From NCBI RefSeq assembly GCF_000981225.1, contig NZ_LAJC01000012.1, positions 1 to 24,000 on the forward strand: DNA of 24,000 nt. Direction: 5' to 3'. The notes under the pieces are model-generated. The model did no database searches, was not told the origin of the DNA, and saw only the letters and a list, made by a program, of their open reading frames with translations. The translations under genes were made by a program, and so were the position numbers. Origin of the DNA: Allosalinactinospora lopnorensis. GTDB taxonomy: Bacteria; Actinomycetota; Actinomycetes; Streptosporangiales; Streptosporangiaceae. This document shows positions 21,598-24,000 of this stretch, in pieces; positions within the stretch are counted from its first letter, which is position 1; the number at the start of each line of letters is the position of its first letter.

Positions 21598-24000
21598 GAT
21601 CGGTCCCCCTCCCCTGCCGGTCCACTGTCCGCGCCCGTCCCGCCCGCTCCGGCCGCAAGGCCGTTCCCGGCGGCCGGGTCCCCCTCGCCGTCCGAGCCGG
21701 CTGCCCCCTCCTCTTCGAGCGGGTCCGCGCCGGACTCCTCGACCACCCGGGCGCGCCGGTTGAGCAGTACCAGGGACGCCACGGCGATCGCCGCCGTCGC
21801 GAGTACGACGACCTCGCCGAAGGTGTCCAGCGCCCGGAAGTCGGCCAGGATGAGGTTGACGAGGTTGTCGCCGCCGGCCTCGTGCGCCCTCGGGGCGTAT
21901 CCCAGCGAGACGGGCGCATCGGTCCGCGCGGCGGTCATGAGCCACAGCGAGACGGCGATGAACGTCCCGGTGGCCGCGCACAGCAGCACCGTGAGCCGCT
22001 TGCCCCAGCCATTGGGGCGGGTGCCGAACGTCGCGGGCAGCCGCCGCAGCACGAACACCAGGATGACCGTGGTCAGTGTCTCCACCAGGACCAGCGTCAG
22101 CGCCAGGTCGGGCGCCCCGTACAGCGCGAACAGGCCGGCGATGCCGAAGCCCATGGCACTGATCAGGATCAGCGCCGGAAACCGCCGGTGCTCGCGGACG
22201 GTCGCGACCGCCGTGACCACGATGAGCAGCGCGACCACCCCTTCCAGGGGACTGTTCCAGACCCGGAACCCCTCTCCCGCGCCCGGCGCGGCGACATCGC
22301 CGGTGACCAGCACCACGACCAGGCGCGCACCGGGCAACGCGAGCAGCATCGCCAGGATGACGCCGAGGTAGACCGGCAGCGAGCCGCTCTGCAACCGCCG
22401 GGTGACGCCCAGCGCGAAGGCGTAGGTCGCGTGCACGAAGAGGTGGTAACCCGTCTCGGCGTCGGGCCAGCGCGGCATCGCCCGCTGTATCCGGGCCACC
22501 CCTTCGCGCCGGTAGAACAGCAGGACACCAACCGCGATGACCAGCGCGGACAGTCCCAGTGCCGGGGTGGGGCCGTGCCACAGCGCCAGGTGGTACGGCT
22601 GCCCTCCGGCGTCGAAGGGCGCCGCGTAGCTCTGTGCGAGCGGGTCGAGGAGGAATGCCAGCGCCCCCGTCGCCAGGCTCACCGCGGCCAGTGATACGGG
22701 CGCGGCGACGAAGGCCGCGGACGGATGCGGAAAGCGGCGTTCGGACACGGCCGCCTTGTCGGCGAAAGCGCCCCACACGAAGCGCGCGCTGTAGGCGAAG
22801 GTGAGGATCGAGGCGAGCAGCACCCCGGTGAGCACGGCCGCCGCCGCGCCAGGGGGCATTCCGGCTGCGTGTCCGGGCAGGAACGCCTCCAGTGCGGCCT
22901 CCTTGACGACGAATCCGAGCATCGGGGGCACCCCGGCCATGGACGCCGCCGCCAGCGCGGCCGCGGCGGCCAGCACCGGCATACGCCGGCCCAGGCCGCT
23001 CAGCGCCCCGATACTTCGAGTGCCGGCCTGGTGGTCGATCACCCCGACGGTGAGGAACAACGCCGACTTGAAGAACCCGTGCGCGAGCAGCGCGCCTATC
23101 GCGGCGACCGCGGCCACCTGCGTCCCTGCCCCGGCGAGCAGGGTGAGAAAGCCGAGCTGGCTGACCGTGCCGTAGGCGAGCAGCAGTTTCAGGTCGTCCT
23201 GACGCAGTGCTCGCCACCCCCCGATGAGCATGGTCGCCAGCCCGAAGGTGAGGACCAGCGCCCGCCAGGGATCGACGTCGGCGAATCCGGGCGCCAGCCG
23301 CGCGATCAGATAGACACCGCCCTTGACCATGGCGGCGGCGTGCAGGTAAGCGCTCACCGGTGTCGGCGCGACCATCGCCCCGGGCAGCCAGTAGTGCAGG
23401 GGCACCTGCGCGGACTTGGCGAAGGCCCCGGCGAGGATCAGCACCAGCGCTACCGGCAGCCAGGGGCTGGCGGTCGGCGGGGCGGCGACCAGCTCGGAGA
23501 TCCGGTAGCTGCCGCCGATCTCGCCGAGCAGGATGAACCCGACGAGCATGGGCAGGCCGAAGCCCGCGGTGGTGATCAGCGCCTGGGTGGCGGCGCGCCG
23601 CGCTTGCTCCTTGCGGTCGTCGTTCCCGATCAGCAGGAACGAGGTGATGGAGGTCAGTTCCCAGAAGACGAACAGCGCGAAGAGGTTGTCGGTGCTGACG
23701 ACACCGAGCATCGCCCCCGCGAACAGCACCAGAACGGCGGCGAGCCGCCCGATCCCGCGCTCGCCGGTGTGGAAGTAGCGGGCGCAGTAGCCGAAGATCA
23801 CCGCCCCCACACCGCTCACCAGCAGCACCATGGCCAGAGCCAGGGCGTCGACCCGGAAGTCGAGGTCGATGCCGAGTGCGGGAACCCAGGCGATGGAGGA
23901 CGTGGCCGGCCGCCCCGCGACGATCTCCGGTGCTCGGGAGAGTACCCAGACAACGGTGGCCGCGGGCGGCAGGCACGCCAGCAGGAAGGCGCGCGGTCCC
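21594..24000 (-). CDS. mrpA: Na+/H+ antiporter subunit A (MrpA/MnhA; NuoL-like), N-terminus outside the window
   Basis: It has 'FVFWELTSITSFLLIG', 'FAKSAQVPLHYWLPGAMVAPTPVSAYLHAAAMVKGGVYL' and 'SQLGFL'. The frame stays open upstream of the tracked Met (23831) to the window edge. It ends in an acidic low-complexity tail. Confidence 0.95.
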   Translation of the reverse strand, partial: GPRAFLLACLPPAATVVWVLSRAPEIVAGRPATSSIAWVPALGIDLDFRVDALALAMVLLVSGVGAVIFGYCARYFHTGERGIGRLAAVLVLFAGAMLGVVSTDNLFALFVFWELTSITSFLLIGNDDRKEQARRAATQALITTAGFGLPMLVGFILLGEIGGSYRISELVAAPPTASPWLPVALVLILAGAFAKSAQVPLHYWLPGAMVAPTPVSAYLHAAAMVKGGVYLIARLAPGFADVDPWRALVLTFGLATMLIGGWRALRQDDLKLLLAYGTVSQLGFLTLLAGAGTQVAAVAAIGALLAHGFFKSALFLTVGVIDHQAGTRSIGALSGLGRRMPVLAAAAALAAASMAGVPPMLGFVVKEAALEAFLPGHAAGMPPGAAAAVLTGVLLASILTFAYSARFVWGAFADKAAVSERRFPHPSAAFVAAPVSLAAVSLATGALAFLLDPLAQSYAAPFDAGGQPYHLALWHGPTPALGLSALVIAVGVLLFYRREGVARIQRAMPRWPDAETGYHLFVHATYAFALGVTRRLQSGSLPVYLGVILAMLLALPGARLVVVLVTGDVAAPGAGEGFRVWNSPLEGVVALLIVVTAVATVREHRRFPALILISAMGFGIAGLFALYGAPDLALTLVLVETLTTVILVFVLRRLPATFGTRPNGWGKRLTVLLCAATGTFIAVSLWLMTAARTDAPVSLGYAPRAHEAGGDNLVNLILADFRALDTFGEVVVLATAAIAVASLVLLNRRARVVEESGADPLEEEGAAGSDGEGDPAAGNGLAAGAGGTGADSGPAGEGDRS

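Overview
This is high-GC chromosomal DNA, almost certainly Actinomycetota. It is densely packed with housekeeping or conserved genes and carries one clear mobile insertion.

Left to right:
- The 3' part of a CHAT (caspase-like) protease gene that runs off the left edge.
- A DUF2203 gene.
- An IS200/IS605-family element (tnpA plus a frameshifted tnpB, with matching subterminal hairpins).
- An acidic DUF5709-like gene.
- A minus-strand cluster: DUF5998, type-I phosphodiesterase/alkaline-phosphatase family, Bcp peroxiredoxin, enoyl-CoA hydratase, MBL-fold hydrolase.
- A large GNAT/NDP-forming acyl-CoA-synthetase-type protein acetyltransferase gene (Pat-like) that carries an apparent 1-nt frameshift.
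- A PfkB sugar kinase, a DM13-domain protein and 6-phosphogluconate dehydrogenase.
- A RecQ-like helicase with a ComF/PRTase-like C-terminal domain (RqlH architecture).
- A SIS-domain protein.
- A complete, translationally coupled mrpA-G (Mnh) cation/proton antiporter operon that runs off the right edge.

I found no rRNA, tRNA or CRISPR array. Many long ORFs in the track are antisense or off-frame artefacts of the GC content (Arg/Gly/Pro-rich) and are rejected.

I do not see a convincing new multi-gene system wholly inside this window. The best leads are:
- the IS605 element, whose TnpB has lost its zinc finger and third RuvC residue to a single-base deletion while tnpA, both ends and the omega-RNA region look intact;
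- the edge-truncated CHAT protease locus;
- the RqlH-type helicase-ComF fusion;
- the disrupted Pat gene;
- an unusual 390-bp spacer with a Pro/Glu-rich mini-ORF on a hexamer repeat.

Two independent 1-nt frameshifts in 24 kb also raise the possibility of assembly indel errors.
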